Assembly: GCA_902609645.1 (NCBI GenBank)
Contig: CACLSS010000002.1
Span: forward strand, 10,680 to 74,679
DNA: 64,000 bases
Direction: 5' to 3'
From: an uncultured Pelagibacteraceae bacterium
GTDB taxonomy: Bacteria; Pseudomonadota; Alphaproteobacteria; Pelagibacterales; Pelagibacteraceae
The position numbers and the translations under genes were made by a program. The notes beneath the pieces were generated by a model. That model was given only the letters and a program-made list of their open reading frames with translations, was not told the DNA's origin and made no database searches. Of this stretch, positions 36,926-48,453 are shown piece after piece. Each line of letters starts with the position of its first letter. Positions within the stretch are counted from its first letter, which is position 1.

Positions 36926-38008
36926 ATGTCTTTTAATACTTTTGGAAAAATATTTAGATTTACGACTTGGGGTGAGTCACATGGTCCAGCTATAGGCTGT
37001 ATTATCGACGGTTGTCCACCAAATATCCCAATTTCTGAGAAGGAAATACAGATAGATATGGATCGTAGAAGACCTGGAAACACTAAGTTTGTATCTCAAA
37101 GGAAAGAGTCGGATAAAATAGAAATTTTGTCTGGTGTGTTTGATGGAAAGTCTACGGGAACTCCTATTTCAATATTAATAAGAAACGAAGATAAAAGATC
37201 TAGAGATTATGAGTCGATAAAAAATAAGTTTAGACCAGGCCATGCTGATTTCACATATTTTAAAAAATATGGAATAAGAGATTTTAGAGGAGGAGGAAGA
37301 CAGTCTGCAAGAGAAACAGCCTCAAGAGTTGCTGCTGGTGCTATAGCTAGAATAGTATTAAAAAATTTATTAGGAAAAAAGTTTAGTATTTACGGTGCTG
37401 TTATACAATTAGGATTAATGGGCTGTGATAGAAAAAATTGGAATAATAAAGAAATAAGAAAAAACCCATTTTTTTGCCCTGATAAAAAATCAGTAAAACT
37501 TTGGGAAAAATATTTGATGGCAGTAAGAAAATCTGGTTCATCATGTGGTGCTATAATTGAGCTAAGAGCAAATGGTATACCTGCAGGACTTGGTGCACCA
37601 ATTTACTCTAAACTTGATACTGACATAGCAGGTGCTTTAATGAGTATTAATGCCGTTAAAGGAGTAAATATCGGTGCAGGCATGGGTGCTGCATATTTAT
37701 CAGGGGAAGAAAATTCTGATGAAATGAGATCTAAATCTGGAAAGGCTAAATTTAAAAGTAATAATGCTGGAGGAATACTTGGTGGTATTTCCTCAGGGCA
37801 GGAGATAATTGCTTCATTTGCTGTAAAACCAACTTCGTCAATAATTAATAGTAGAGAAACAATTGATAAAAAAGGTAAAAATACAAAAATATCTGTCAGA
37901 GGCCGTCATGATCCTTGTGTTGGTATAAGAGCTGTTCCTATTGGTGAAGCTATGCTTTCATGCGTGTTGCTAGACCACTTTTTAATGAATAGAGCTCAGT
38001 GTGGTTAA
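36926..38008 (+). CDS. aroC: Chorismate synthase
   Basis: The 360-aa ORF has [22 protein letters not shown] and RHDPCV motifs. Confidence 0.95.
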   Translation: MSFNTFGKIFRFTTWGESHGPAIGCIIDGCPPNIPISEKEIQIDMDRRRPGNTKFVSQRKESDKIEILSGVFDGKSTGTPISILIRNEDKRSRDYESIKNKFRPGHADFTYFKKYGIRDFRGGGRQSARETASRVAAGAIARIVLKNLLGKKFSIYGAVIQLGLMGCDRKNWNNKEIRKNPFFCPDKKSVKLWEKYLMAVRKSGSSCGAIIELRANGIPAGLGAPIYSKLDTDIAGALMSINAVKGVNIGAGMGAAYLSGEENSDEMRSKSGKAKFKSNNAGGILGGISSGQEIIASFAVKPTSSIINSRETIDKKGKNTKISVRGRHDPCVGIRAVPIGEAMLSCVLLDHFLMNRAQCG

Positions 38009-39921
38009 GATAAGTTTTTATTTTTTGCAATAACCACGTTAGAATTTAAAATACTTTCGATTTTCTCAACAATACTGTTACTGTCTAATCCTGCTGTTTT
38101 ATACATGTTATCAGGTGTATCTTGATCTAAAAATTTATCAGGTAGAATCATAGATCTAAATTTCAATCCTTTATCAAAAAATCCTCTTTCAGATAAAAGA
38201 TTTGAAACATGAGATCCAAAACCACCTATGGAACCTTCTTCAATTGTCAAAACAGCTTCATGGTTTGAAGCTAATTCCAGAATTTGTTTTTCATCTAAAG
38301 GTTTTGCGAATCTTGCGTCAAAAATTGTCACAAAAATTCCTTTCTTATTTAAAGTTGTGGCAGCTTTTTTGCATTCATTCATCCTTGCTCCAAAATTAAG
38401 AATTGCCAAATGTTTTCCAGACGAAATAATTCTACCTTTACCAATTTCGATAGTTTCATTGATATCGGGTAATGCTACACCAAAACCACTTCCCCTAGGA
38501 TATCTGAAGGCTGATGGCCTATCATTTATGTTTACTGATGTATTTATCATTCTTACTAATTCAGCCTCGTCGCTTGCTGCCATTACAACAAAATTTGGTA
38601 GAGTAGAAAGGTATGTAGTATCAAATGATCCAGCATGAGTTGCTCCGTCTGAGCCGACTAAGCCTGCTCTATCTATGGCAAATCTAACTGGTAAAGATTG
38701 TATTGCAACATCATGAACAACCTGATCATAAGCCCTTTGTAAAAAAGTTGAGTAAATAGCAGCATAGGGTTTGTATCCTTCGGTAGCTAATCCAGCAGCG
38801 AAAGTTACTCCGTGTTGTTCGGCTATGCCAACATCAAACATCCTGTCAGGAAACTTTTTTTGAAAAAGATCTAATCCAGTTCCCGATGGCATTGCACCGG
38901 TAATTGCTACAATTTTAGTATCATTCTGAGCATGTTTAATTAAGGTATTTGCAAAAACCTTTGTATAAGAAGGTCCTGCTGATTTACCTTTTGCTTGTTT
39001 ACCAGTTAAAACGTCAAATTTTGATACCCCATGATATTTATCTCCCGACTCTTCAGCGGGTTTGTATCCTTTACCCTTTTTGGTAATTGCATGTATTAAT
39101 ATTGGACCTTGATGATTTGAATTTTTTGCGTTCTCTAAAATTGTAACTAAATTGTTTACATCATGTCCATCAATGGGACCTATATAATAAAACCCAAGTT
39201 GGCTGAATAATGTTCCACCTGTCACTGCACTTCTAAGTAAATCCTCTGCTTTCCCCGCGCTTTTTGAAAATCTTCTTGAAAATGCTGAAAGTATTAATTT
39301 TATGGTTTCACGGAAACTGAAATATATTTTTCCAGACAAAAGTCTTGCAAGATATTTGCTCATTGCACCAACCGGTGGTGCAATAGACATATCATTATCA
39401 TTAAGAACAACTATCAATTTAGATTTCATCGCTCCGGCATTATTCATTGCCTCATAGGCCATTCCTGCACTCATTGCTCCATCACCTATAACAGCAACAA
39501 CATTATTTTTATCATTAGAAAGCTTCTTAGCTGTAGCCATACCAAGAGTTGATGATATAGATGTAGAACTATGTGCTGCTCCAAATGGATCAAATTCACT
39601 TTCCGATCTTTTAGTAAATCCTGAAAGCCCACCGCCTTTTCTTAATGTTCTTATTCTGTCTCGTCTTCCTGTAATTAATTTGTGTGGGTAGCATTGATGG
39701 CCAACATCCCAAACTAATTTGTCTTTTGGAGTATTGAAAACATAGTGCAAAGCAACAGTAAGCTCTACCACGCCTAGACCTGCTCCTAGATGACCTCCGG
39801 TTTCGGATACAACATTAATAAGTTCAGATCTCAATTCTTTTGAAACTTGATCTAATTGATTTTTACTAAGTTTCCTTAAATCTGAGGGATAATTAATATT
39901 ATCTAATAATTCATTTTTCAT
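38005..39921 (-). CDS. dxs: 1-deoxy-D-xylulose-5-phosphate synthase
   Basis: The 638-aa ORF has the TPP motif [18 protein letters not shown], plus [12 protein letters not shown] and [12 protein letters not shown]. Confidence 0.95.
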   Translation of the reverse strand: MKNELLDNINYPSDLRKLSKNQLDQVSKELRSELINVVSETGGHLGAGLGVVELTVALHYVFNTPKDKLVWDVGHQCYPHKLITGRRDRIRTLRKGGGLSGFTKRSESEFDPFGAAHSSTSISSTLGMATAKKLSNDKNNVVAVIGDGAMSAGMAYEAMNNAGAMKSKLIVVLNDNDMSIAPPVGAMSKYLARLLSGKIYFSFRETIKLILSAFSRRFSKSAGKAEDLLRSAVTGGTLFSQLGFYYIGPIDGHDVNNLVTILENAKNSNHQGPILIHAITKKGKGYKPAEESGDKYHGVSKFDVLTGKQAKGKSAGPSYTKVFANTLIKHAQNDTKIVAITGAMPSGTGLDLFQKKFPDRMFDVGIAEQHGVTFAAGLATEGYKPYAAIYSTFLQRAYDQVVHDVAIQSLPVRFAIDRAGLVGSDGATHAGSFDTTYLSTLPNFVVMAASDEAELVRMINTSVNINDRPSAFRYPRGSGFGVALPDINETIEIGKGRIISSGKHLAILNFGARMNECKKAATTLNKKGIFVTIFDARFAKPLDEKQILELASNHEAVLTIEEGSIGGFGSHVSNLLSERGFFDKGLKFRSMILPDKFLDQDTPDNMYKTAGLDSNSIVEKIESILNSNVVIAKNKNLS

Positions 39922-40793
39922 TAAAAACTTCTATTTAATATAAAATCTGATACTTCAATTAACTTATTTGATTTTTTTCCATATTTTTTTAATTTATTTA
40001 TTATCATCTTTTTTCTATCCAAAGCAAACCCTAAAGTTTTTTCATAACCAAATAATTTAATTAATGTGGATTTCCCCTTTTTTTTGTCTTTCTTAACTGG
40101 TTTGCCTGTGTTTTTTTTATTTCCTTTTATGTCTAAAAGATCATCTGCAATTTGAAACAATAATCCTAATTCCGCCCCAACCATGCTCATTTCTTTTTGT
40201 GTCTTGAGATTTTTTTTAGCTATAATTGCTGGTGCTAAACAACAAAATTCAAATAATTTTCCTGTTTTTTTTCTCTGCATATTGATGATTTTTTTAAAAT
40301 TAATTTTCTTTTTTTCGTAATTAAGATCTAAAAATTGACCTCCTGCAATACCAACATGACCAGCACATTCAGATAATTTTTTTATAAGATTTAATTTAAC
40401 AGTTGTATCTACATTAAATTTTTTATCCGCTATTATTTCAAAAGCTAATGTAAGCAAAGAGTTACCAGCAAGTATCGCTGTTGACTCTCCAAATTTGATG
40501 TGTGTTGATGGTTTTCCTCGCCTTAATGTGTCGTTATCCATGCACGGTAAGTCGTCATGAATTAAGGAGTACGAATGTATACACTCTACAGCAGCACATA
40601 AATTAATTATTTGATTAGATCTAATATTAAAAATTTTTGATGTATTTAAAATGATTGTTGATCTAATCTTTTTTCCACCAAATAAAGTGCCATATTTCAT
40701 AACAGGGACGAGCTCTGAATACTTTTGTGTATTGAAATATTTTTTTATAAATATGTCTACAATCTTTGCATTTTGTTTGATATTTTTAAGCAT
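39921..40793 (-). CDS. ispA: Farnesyl diphosphate synthase
   Basis: The 290-aa ORF has [17 protein letters not shown] and FQIADDLLD motifs. It sits in the classic xseB-ispA-dxs order. Confidence 0.88.
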   Translation of the reverse strand: MLKNIKQNAKIVDIFIKKYFNTQKYSELVPVMKYGTLFGGKKIRSTIILNTSKIFNIRSNQIINLCAAVECIHSYSLIHDDLPCMDNDTLRRGKPSTHIKFGESTAILAGNSLLTLAFEIIADKKFNVDTTVKLNLIKKLSECAGHVGIAGGQFLDLNYEKKKINFKKIINMQRKKTGKLFEFCCLAPAIIAKKNLKTQKEMSMVGAELGLLFQIADDLLDIKGNKKNTGKPVKKDKKKGKSTLIKLFGYEKTLGFALDRKKMIINKLKKYGKKSNKLIEVSDFILNRSF

Positions 40794-40805
40794 TAAAACT
40801 ATTAA

Positions 40806-41021
40806 TTATTTTTTTTTACCCATCGCATGTATTTTATTTAGTTTTTCCTTAAAAACGTTATCTACATGATTATTCAATAACAGTAATCTTTCATAATCTT
40901 TCTTTGAATTCTCTAAATCTATTCCATTATCCTCTAATCTTTTTAAAATATCCAATATTTCAATTTTAGCTTCGTTTATTGATTTACTTTTAATGTCAGG
41001 TGGAATATTTTTGATTTTCAT
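40806..41021 (-). CDS. xseB: Exodeoxyribonuclease VII small subunit
   Basis: The 71-aa helical protein lies upstream of ispA-dxs and contains ILDILKRLEDNGIDLENS. Confidence 0.75.
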   Translation of the reverse strand: MKIKNIPPDIKSKSINEAKIEILDILKRLEDNGIDLENSKKDYERLLLLNNHVDNVFKEKLNKIHAMGKKK

Positions 41022-41042
41022 TAAACTTATAATAATCTTAAT

Positions 41043-41984
41043 ATGAAAAATATCTATAAAAATTCTTTTTACAACCTTAATAAGGCAAAAAGAATTTTAG
41101 AAAAAAACCAAATTTTAGCATTACCGACAGAAACCGTATATGGGTTAGCAGGAAATGCTTATTCTCATAAATCTGTTAAGAGAATATATAGTTTAAAGAA
41201 GAGACCTCAAAAAAATCCACTTATTATTCATTATTATAATTTAGACCTGCTTAAAAGAGATGCGGAATATGATAAAAATTTTTTAAAACTTTATAAAAAA
41301 TTTTCTCCTGGACCTCTTACATACATTTTAAAAAAGAAAGAAAAATCAAAAGTTTCAAAATTTGCTAATGCGAAATTAAAAACAATTGCGGTGAGATTTC
41401 CAAAAAATAAAATTATTAGATCTTTATTAAAAAAATTAACTTTCCCTTTAGCAATACCAAGTGCAAATATTTCTACTGGGGTAAGTCCAACAGAACCATT
41501 AGATGTAGTTGACGAATTCAAAAATAAAATTAAATTTATTTTAAATGGTGGAAAATCAACAATTGGACTAGAGTCGACTGTTATAAATTTGAGCGGTAAA
41601 CCTACAATTTTGAGACCAGGAGCAATAAGTTATATTCAAATTGAAAAGATATTAAGAAAAAAAGTCTCAAATGTAGCTAAATCTAAATTTGTGATTTCAC
41701 CTGGTATGCATAAAAAACATTATTCGCCAGGAATACCAATTAAGCTTAATTCAATTAAACCTGATTATAAGGCCGCATTCATTGTTTTTGGAAAAAAGTA
41801 TAAGATGAAAAAAAATATGTTTAATTTAAGTAAAAAAAGTAATCTTAAAGAAGCAGCCAAAAATTTATATAAAGTCTTAAGAAAGATAAAAAAATTGAAA
41901 TATAAAAAAATTAATGTGGTTAAGATTCCAAATAAAAGTATTGGAATTGCGATCAATGATAGATTAAAGAAGGCATCAAATTAA
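41043..41984 (+). CDS. tsaC: L-threonylcarbamoyladenylate synthase (Sua5/YwlC type, YrdC domain plus Sua5 C-terminal domain)
   Basis: The 313-aa ORF has LPTETVYGLAGNA, KKRPQKNPLIIH and SANISTG motifs. Confidence 0.8.
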   Translation: MKNIYKNSFYNLNKAKRILEKNQILALPTETVYGLAGNAYSHKSVKRIYSLKKRPQKNPLIIHYYNLDLLKRDAEYDKNFLKLYKKFSPGPLTYILKKKEKSKVSKFANAKLKTIAVRFPKNKIIRSLLKKLTFPLAIPSANISTGVSPTEPLDVVDEFKNKIKFILNGGKSTIGLESTVINLSGKPTILRPGAISYIQIEKILRKKVSNVAKSKFVISPGMHKKHYSPGIPIKLNSIKPDYKAAFIVFGKKYKMKKNMFNLSKKSNLKEAAKNLYKVLRKIKKLKYKKINVVKIPNKSIGIAINDRLKKASN

Positions 41985-42719
41985 ATGTCCATAGAAATTA
42001 AAAATTTATCAAAAAAATTTAATGAAGTTTATGCAGTAAAAAATATCGATTTCACAATTGGTGCAAATAAAACTATTGGATTACTTGGTCCTAATGGTTG
42101 TGGCAAAACTACATCAATAGGAATGATGCTTGGATTAATAAAGCCAACTACAGGTGATATTATTATACAAAATAAAAATATAAATACATTTGAGAGAAAT
42201 AAACTTTTAAGTATTATGAATTTTGCATCGCCCTACGTAGAATTACCTAAAAAACTTAGTGTGAAACAAAATCTCCAAATCTACGGTAGGCTTTACGGGG
42301 TAAAAGATTTATCTATTAGAATAGATGAATTAGCTGAAGACTTAAATTTAAAAGATTTTATAAATAAAAAAACTGGTGAGTTATCCTCAGGACAAAAAAA
42401 TAGAGTGTCTCTTGCTAAGTCGCTTATTAATAAACCTGAAATTCTTCTATTAGATGAACCGACTGCAAGTCTTGATCCAGATATTGGTGATTATGTTAGG
42501 TCTTATGTGCAGTCATACAAATCTAAAAATAAAGTAACTATACTTTTAGCTTCTCATAATATGGCTGAAGTAGAAAGACTTTGTGACAGTGTTATAATGA
42601 TGAAAAAAGGGAAAATTATTGATCAAGGAACTAGTAAAGAGATAATAAATAGACATGGTAGAACTAATCTGGAAGAAACGTTTTTAAAAATAGTAAGGAG
42701 CAAAGATGAGGTGGCATAA
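41985..42719 (+). CDS. ABC transporter ATP-binding protein (ABC-2/DrrA-like exporter)
   Basis: Walker A is GPNGCGKTT, the signature is LSSGQKNR and Walker B is LLLDEP. The start codon abuts the tsaC stop with zero spacer. Confidence 0.85.
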   Translation: MSIEIKNLSKKFNEVYAVKNIDFTIGANKTIGLLGPNGCGKTTSIGMMLGLIKPTTGDIIIQNKNINTFERNKLLSIMNFASPYVELPKKLSVKQNLQIYGRLYGVKDLSIRIDELAEDLNLKDFINKKTGELSSGQKNRVSLAKSLINKPEILLLDEPTASLDPDIGDYVRSYVQSYKSKNKVTILLASHNMAEVERLCDSVIMMKKGKIIDQGTSKEIINRHGRTNLEETFLKIVRSKDEVA

Positions 42720-43497
42720 AATTTATGCTTTATGTTTAAGACATATTTACTTGATAAGTAATTCTTTGCCAAGAATTATAGACTTAATATATTGGCCAAC
42801 TGTACAAATATTATTATGGGGATTTATATCAAAATTTTTTACTTTAAATTCTGAGTATTACAGTAACACAGTAGGAATAATATTAACAGCAGCCATTCTA
42901 TACGATTTTTTATTTAGAGTAAGTATAAGTTATAATATTATGTTTCTTGAAGAAATTTGGAGTAGGAATTTTACAAATTTATTTATAGCTCCAATAAAGT
43001 TAAGTGAAATGATAGCATCGCTTACAATAACTGCGGTGTTTAGATCTTTAATAGGACTAATTCCAGCTGCATTATTGGCCATACCTTTGTTCGGCGTCTC
43101 AGTTTTTAAAATAGGTTTACCACTGTTGGCATTGTTATTTAGTTTGTATATTTTTGGTGTCACGCTTGGACTTTTGGTCACCGCAGGACTTTTGCGATTT
43201 GGCCCTTCGTTTGAAAATATTGCTTGGGCAAGTTTATTTTTTTTAGCCCCATTGGGTTGTATATATTACCCGGTAGAAATACTTCCTTTGTCATTACAAA
43301 TAATAGCTAAAGGACTTCCGCTTGTACATGTTTTTGAAGAAATGAGAAATATACTTATAAATGGAACAGTTAATTATTTTGAAATATTCATTTCGATTTT
43401 AATTTCAGTTGCCTATTTTATTTTTGGTGTAATAATTTTTTATATGGCATATTTTGGTGCTAGAGTAAGAGGCACCTTGATAAATATGGGGGAATAA
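42706..43497 (+). CDS. ABC-2 type exporter permease
   Basis: The 263-aa ORF has about 6 TM helices. It overlaps the ATPase gene by 14 nt. Confidence 0.75.
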   Translation: MRWHKIYALCLRHIYLISNSLPRIIDLIYWPTVQILLWGFISKFFTLNSEYYSNTVGIILTAAILYDFLFRVSISYNIMFLEEIWSRNFTNLFIAPIKLSEMIASLTITAVFRSLIGLIPAALLAIPLFGVSVFKIGLPLLALLFSLYIFGVTLGLLVTAGLLRFGPSFENIAWASLFFLAPLGCIYYPVEILPLSLQIIAKGLPLVHVFEEMRNILINGTVNYFEIFISILISVAYFIFGVIIFYMAYFGARVRGTLINMGE

Positions 43498-43500
43498 TAA

Positions 43501-44316
43501 ATGGCTCTATATGACTGTTTTATGTATTTTGATGAAGATATGTTGCTCGACATCAGGTTAAATATATTAAATGAAACAGTTGATAAATTTGTAATAGCAG
43601 AAGCAACAAAAACTCACTCTGGTCAAGATAAAAAGCTTAATTTTGATATAAAAAATTTTTTAAAATTTAAAGATAAGATAAATTATTTAGTAATCGATGA
43701 TTTGCCTGAAAATTTAAGTAAATACAAAAAAGGCTGGTCGGAAAGTCATTTAAGAGATCAATATCAACGAAATTCTTTAAGTAGAGGTTTGGTGGACTGT
43801 GATGAAGATGATTTAGTTATGATCTCAGATCTTGATGAAATTCCAAATCCAGACAAAATAAGTGAATTTAATAAAGAAAAAAAGTATGCTTGTTTTTTAC
43901 AAAAGAATTTTCATCAAAAATTAAATTTACTAAATACTTCAATAAAGGAATGGCCTGGAACAAAAATATGTATTAAAAAATATCTAAAATCACCTCAATG
44001 GCTCAGAAATATTAAAACTAAAGAAATACCTTTTTGGAAGTTCTATAAACCTCGAAGACCACAAATATTAAATGATGGTGGATGGCATTTTAATGATTTA
44101 AAAACACCAGAAGAACTATCTAATAAAATCCAGAGTTATGCTCACCAAGAATTTAATAAAGATAAATTTGTTGATGTTAGAAAAATTAGAGACAGATTAA
44201 AAAATAGGAAAGATTTATTTGATCGTGATTACAAATTTGAAATTATAAATATTGACAAAAATTACCCTAAATTTTTAAGAGAAAATAAGATTAAGTATAA
44301 AAACTGGATATTATAA
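43501..44316 (+). CDS. Glycosyltransferase family 17 protein (GnT-III-like beta-1,4-N-acetylglucosaminyltransferase homologue)
   Basis: The 271-aa ORF has GT17 hallmarks: an N-terminal DCFMYFDEDMLLDIRLNILNETVDKFVIAEA, ISDLDEIP and GGWHF. Confidence 0.7.
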   Translation: MALYDCFMYFDEDMLLDIRLNILNETVDKFVIAEATKTHSGQDKKLNFDIKNFLKFKDKINYLVIDDLPENLSKYKKGWSESHLRDQYQRNSLSRGLVDCDEDDLVMISDLDEIPNPDKISEFNKEKKYACFLQKNFHQKLNLLNTSIKEWPGTKICIKKYLKSPQWLRNIKTKEIPFWKFYKPRRPQILNDGGWHFNDLKTPEELSNKIQSYAHQEFNKDKFVDVRKIRDRLKNRKDLFDRDYKFEIINIDKNYPKFLRENKIKYKNWIL

Positions 44317-44335
44317 AATTTGTATTATTTTATTT

Positions 44336-44413
44336 TGGTGGGCCGTGAAGGATTTGAACCCTCAACCTCACCGTCCGAAGCGGTGCGCTCTATCCAGTTG
44401 AAGCTAACGGCCC
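44336..44413 (-). tRNA. tRNA-Arg (anticodon UCG)
   Basis: The reverse complement forms a cloverleaf. The acceptor is GGGCCGT/ACGGCCC and the anticodon stem is CACCG/CGGTG with loop CTTCGGA. The T loop is TTCAAAT and CCA is encoded. Confidence 0.9.
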
Positions 44414-44442
44414 TTGGGAATATAATACTTTTAAATTATTAG

Positions 44443-45423
44443 ATGAATAAAACAATAACATTTTTAGCTAAGGATCTGGGAAAAAAGATCAGATTAGATA
44501 AGTATTTAGCAGATAACTTAAATGATTTTACCAGATCACAAATAAAAAAAATAATATTATCAAAGAATATCAAGTTGAATAAAAAGTTGATCAATTCTGC
44601 ATCTGAGAAAGTAAAGAATGATGATTTAATTGAGGTGAGTTTTCCAGATAAAACAAATAAAGATTTAAAACCAAAAAAAATAAATTTAGATATAGTATAC
44701 GAAGATAACGATCTAATAATTATAAATAAAAAAAGTGGCTTAGTTGTTCATCCTGGAGCTGGAAATCAAGATGAAACTTTAGTGAACGGATTAATGTATC
44801 TTTACAAAAATAATTTGTCTAATATTAACGGAGACTTTAGACCAGGCATAGTCCATAGAATTGATAAAGACACGAGTGGTTTAATTGTTGTTGCTAAAAA
44901 CAATCAAACTCACAATAGTCTCTCCGAGCAATTTAGTAATCACTCAATAAAAAGAAAGTATTTGGCTTTGGTTTGGGGTGTAGTAAGACCTTTGACTGGA
45001 AAGATAACAACCTTAATTTCTAGAAGCAAAAAAAATAGACAGCTAATGACAGTAAGTGAGCGTTTGGGTAAGAAGGCAATAACAAACTACAAAACTTTAA
45101 AAACATTCAGTTCAAAAGAAATACCAAGAATGAGTTTAATAGAGTGTATTTTAGAAACAGGAAGAACCCATCAAATTAGAGTGCATCTAGCGTACAAAGG
45201 AAATCCTTTAATCGGTGACAAAAAGTATGGAAAAAAAAAACAAAAATTCAAAAAAATTAATTTAAAATTTGAAAAAATACTCTCTTCATTTGATAGGCAA
45301 GCATTACATGCTAAAAGTTTAGGTTTTTTTCATCCAGTAAAAAAAAAGTTTCTTGATTTTGACTCCAAATTACCTAGTGATTTTAAAAAAATACTAGATT
45401 TTCTTGACAAATTTGGTAATTGA
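44443..45423 (+). CDS. rluD: 23S rRNA pseudouridine synthase, RluA family (RluD-like)
   Basis: The 326-aa ORF has an S4 domain at the N-terminus, the catalytic motif HRIDKDTSGL, and GRTHQIRVH. Confidence 0.85.
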   Translation: MNKTITFLAKDLGKKIRLDKYLADNLNDFTRSQIKKIILSKNIKLNKKLINSASEKVKNDDLIEVSFPDKTNKDLKPKKINLDIVYEDNDLIIINKKSGLVVHPGAGNQDETLVNGLMYLYKNNLSNINGDFRPGIVHRIDKDTSGLIVVAKNNQTHNSLSEQFSNHSIKRKYLALVWGVVRPLTGKITTLISRSKKNRQLMTVSERLGKKAITNYKTLKTFSSKEIPRMSLIECILETGRTHQIRVHLAYKGNPLIGDKKYGKKKQKFKKINLKFEKILSSFDRQALHAKSLGFFHPVKKKFLDFDSKLPSDFKKILDFLDKFGN

Positions 45424-45454
45424 ACAATAAAAATTTATAAATATATATACAATT

Positions 45455-46354
45455 ATGAAAACAAAGTCTGAAATTGCTAACGTACCAAGTTTAACAAGTG
45501 AGGGTGGTTTATCTGTTTATCTTGCGCAGATTAAAAAATTTCCAATACTGGATGCTGAAGAAGAGTATATGTTGGCCAAAAATTGGAAAGAGCGTGGTAA
45601 TTTAAAATCAGCTCACAAACTAGTTACAAGCCACTTACGTTTAGTTGCTAAAATTGCAATGGGTTATCGTGGGTATGGTCTTCCAGTTAATGAATTAATC
45701 TCGGAAGGGAATATAGGTTTAATGCAAGCTGTAAAAAAATTTGATCCTGAAAAGGGATTTAGATTAGCAACTTATGCTATGTGGTGGATCAAAGCTGCAA
45801 TTCAAGAATACGTTTTAAGATCATGGAGTTTAGTTAAAATGGGAACAACATCTGCCCAAAAAAAACTTTTTTTTAATTTGAAAAAAATCAAACAGCAAAT
45901 AGCTCCTAATCAAGATGGAGATTTAAAAGATGAACAAGTTAACGAAATATCAAAAAAGCTTGGTGTTAAATCAGATGAGGTTGTGAACATGAATCGTAGA
46001 ATGATGGGGCAAGAAAAATCTCTTAATGAACCAATTAAAGACGGAGAAAAAGGTGAATGGCAAGACTGGATTGTAAGTGAAGATTTGGATCAAGAACTTT
46101 TTGTAGCACAAAAACAAGAGATGGATGAGAAAAAAACTTTGCTGCATCGATCAATAAAAATTCTCACTGATAGAGAGAGAGAAATTTTACAAGATAGAAA
46201 ATTATCAAACGAACCAAAAACATTAGAAGAATTGAGTAAAAAATATAAAATAAGTAGAGAAAGAATAAGACAAATTGAAACTAAGGCTTTTGAAAAACTT
46301 CAGAAGGCTATGCTTAATGCGACAAAATCTGAAAATTTACTTCCAAGAAATTAA
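45455..46354 (+). CDS. rpoH: RNA polymerase sigma-32 factor
   Basis: The 299-aa ORF has sigma70 regions 2-4 and an RpoH-box-like [11 protein letters not shown]. Confidence 0.88.
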   Translation: MKTKSEIANVPSLTSEGGLSVYLAQIKKFPILDAEEEYMLAKNWKERGNLKSAHKLVTSHLRLVAKIAMGYRGYGLPVNELISEGNIGLMQAVKKFDPEKGFRLATYAMWWIKAAIQEYVLRSWSLVKMGTTSAQKKLFFNLKKIKQQIAPNQDGDLKDEQVNEISKKLGVKSDEVVNMNRRMMGQEKSLNEPIKDGEKGEWQDWIVSEDLDQELFVAQKQEMDEKKTLLHRSIKILTDREREILQDRKLSNEPKTLEELSKKYKISRERIRQIETKAFEKLQKAMLNATKSENLLPRN

Positions 46355-47640
46355 GAAAATGGATTTTCAAGTAGAATAGTGTCTTCTCTTTCAGGGCTAG
46401 TTGAAATACTTGATATTTTGGCTTCGATAAAATCCTCAAGAGCATAAATATATTTTTTTGCTTTATCTGGAAGGTTTTCAATATTTCTTACACCTTTAGT
46501 ACTTTCTTTCCAACCTGGAAATGTTTCATAAATTGGTTCAATTTTAAATTGATCTTCTGCGCCTGCAGGTAAATAGTCTAATTTTTTACCATTAAGCTTG
46601 TATGAGGTACACATTTTAATCTCATCTAATTCATCTAAAACATCTAACTTAGTCAATGCTATTCCGTTAATACCAGATATTTTTATAGTCTGTCTTACTA
46701 ACACTGCATCGAACCATCCACATCTTCTCTTCCTGCTAGTAACTGTTCCAAACTCCTTTCCTCTTGAGCCTAATAAATCTCCAATTTTATTTTTTTGCTC
46801 TGTGGGAAATGGTCCCTCACCTACTCTTGTTGTATAAGCTTTTGTAATACCCAAAACATAACTTTCGCTATTAGATCCTAATCCAGATCCTGTTGCAGCA
46901 GTGGACGCAACAGTATTTGAGGAGGTTACAAAAGGATAAGTACCATGATCAACATCTAGGAGTATACCTTGGGCTCCCTCAAACAGTATTTTTTTTCCTT
47001 TTGATTTGTATTCATTTAACCTTTTCCAAACTGGTTGTGAAAATTTTAAAATTTGTGGTGCTATTTTTAATAAATCTTTTTTTAATTTATCCTTTTTAAA
47101 AACCTTCTGTTTTAAACCTTTCCTTAATGCATTGTGGTGTATCAATGCTGCTTCTAATCTTTTATCTAAATTACTTTCTGAAGCTAAATCCATAACTCTA
47201 ATTGATCGTCTGCCGACTTTATCTTCATAGGCCGGACCTATACCTCTCCTTGTAGTTCCGATTTTTGCTTTTCCAGCAGCGTCTTCTCTTATTTCGTCGA
47301 TTTCCTTATGATATGGCAATATAAGGTTTGCTGCTTCGGAGAGTATTAGATTATTCTCATCTACTTCGACTCCTTTGGATTTCATCTCTTTTATTTCATC
47401 AATTAAAGCCCAAGGATCTACAACAACACCATTTCCAATTATAGAAATTTTACCTTCTCTAACAGTTCCAGATGGTAATAATCTCAATTTGTAAATTTTT
47501 CTATCAATTACCAGAGTATGTCCAGCGTTGTGACCACCTTGAAATCGAACAACAACATCAGCTTCACTTGAGAGCCAATCAACAATCTTACCTTTTCCTT
47601 CATCTCCCCACTGTGTTCCAACAACTATAACATTTTTCAT
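46351..47640 (-). CDS. purA: Adenylosuccinate synthetase
   Basis: The 429-aa ORF has [11 protein letters not shown] and [11 protein letters not shown] motifs. Confidence 0.95.
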   Translation of the reverse strand: MKNVIVVGTQWGDEGKGKIVDWLSSEADVVVRFQGGHNAGHTLVIDRKIYKLRLLPSGTVREGKISIIGNGVVVDPWALIDEIKEMKSKGVEVDENNLILSEAANLILPYHKEIDEIREDAAGKAKIGTTRRGIGPAYEDKVGRRSIRVMDLASESNLDKRLEAALIHHNALRKGLKQKVFKKDKLKKDLLKIAPQILKFSQPVWKRLNEYKSKGKKILFEGAQGILLDVDHGTYPFVTSSNTVASTAATGSGLGSNSESYVLGITKAYTTRVGEGPFPTEQKNKIGDLLGSRGKEFGTVTSRKRRCGWFDAVLVRQTIKISGINGIALTKLDVLDELDEIKMCTSYKLNGKKLDYLPAGAEDQFKIEPIYETFPGWKESTKGVRNIENLPDKAKKYIYALEDFIEAKISSISTSPEREDTILLENPFS

Positions 47641-48452
47641 CTTTTAAATTTATTATCTATACTAATTGAACTTAAATGATTTATAGGTCCATGGCCCTTT
47701 CCATAATTAAGATTGGATCTAATTGACTGATTAACATATTTAATTCCAAGCTCACAAGATTTATTTATACTTTTTCCACATGCAAAAAAAGTTGCAATTG
47801 CACTTGATAAAGTGCAGCCAGTTCCATGGGTGTTTTTAGTTTTAATTTTTTTATTTTTAAATATTTTTATTTCTTTTTTATTTAAAAATACATCTTTCAT
47901 AATTTTAGAGTTTCTATGGCCACCTTTTAACAATACATTTTTAACACCAGAATTGAGCAAAATATTGGCGGCCTTAATCATGTCTTCTAAATTTTTAATT
48001 TTAATTTTAGTTAGTACCTCAGCTTCTGGAATATTAGGAGTTATAAGATAAACCTTTTTAATAAGCTTTTCTTTTAATACTTTAATTGCAGTATCATTTA
48101 TAAGTTTAAAACCACCTTTAGCAACCATAACTGGATCTAAAATTATTTTTTTAGTTTTAACTTTTTGAAGAGATTTTATTACTGAATTAATCACAATCGG
48201 TGAATGAAGCATTCCAATTTTAATTGCATCTGGTTTGATATCTTTTGAAGTAAATAAAATCTGTTTTTCTATTTCTTTAGGTGGAATAGGTACAACAGAC
48301 TTTACTCCAGTAGTATTTTGAGCAGTAATAGCTGTAACAGCTGTCATTGCATAACCTCCTAATGCTGTTACTGTTTTTATATCTGCTTGAATTCCTGCGC
48401 CACCAGAAGAGTCTGATCCTGCAATTATTAGAATTTTTGATTTAGGTTTCAA
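47637..48452 (-). CDS. thiD: Hydroxymethylpyrimidine/phosphomethylpyrimidine kinase
   Basis: The 271-aa ORF has [18 protein letters not shown] and the C-terminal [11 protein letters not shown]. Confidence 0.88.
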   Translation of the reverse strand: MKPKSKILIIAGSDSSGGAGIQADIKTVTALGGYAMTAVTAITAQNTTGVKSVVPIPPKEIEKQILFTSKDIKPDAIKIGMLHSPIVINSVIKSLQKVKTKKIILDPVMVAKGGFKLINDTAIKVLKEKLIKKVYLITPNIPEAEVLTKIKIKNLEDMIKAANILLNSGVKNVLLKGGHRNSKIMKDVFLNKKEIKIFKNKKIKTKNTHGTGCTLSSAIATFFACGKSINKSCELGIKYVNQSIRSNLNYGKGHGPINHLSSISIDNKFKR

Positions 48453-48453
48453 A

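Noticed and set aside
38228-38638. 136-aa and 65-aa plus-strand ORFs antisense to dxs.
   Set aside because: They lie inside the highly conserved dxs CDS and have no recognisable motifs.
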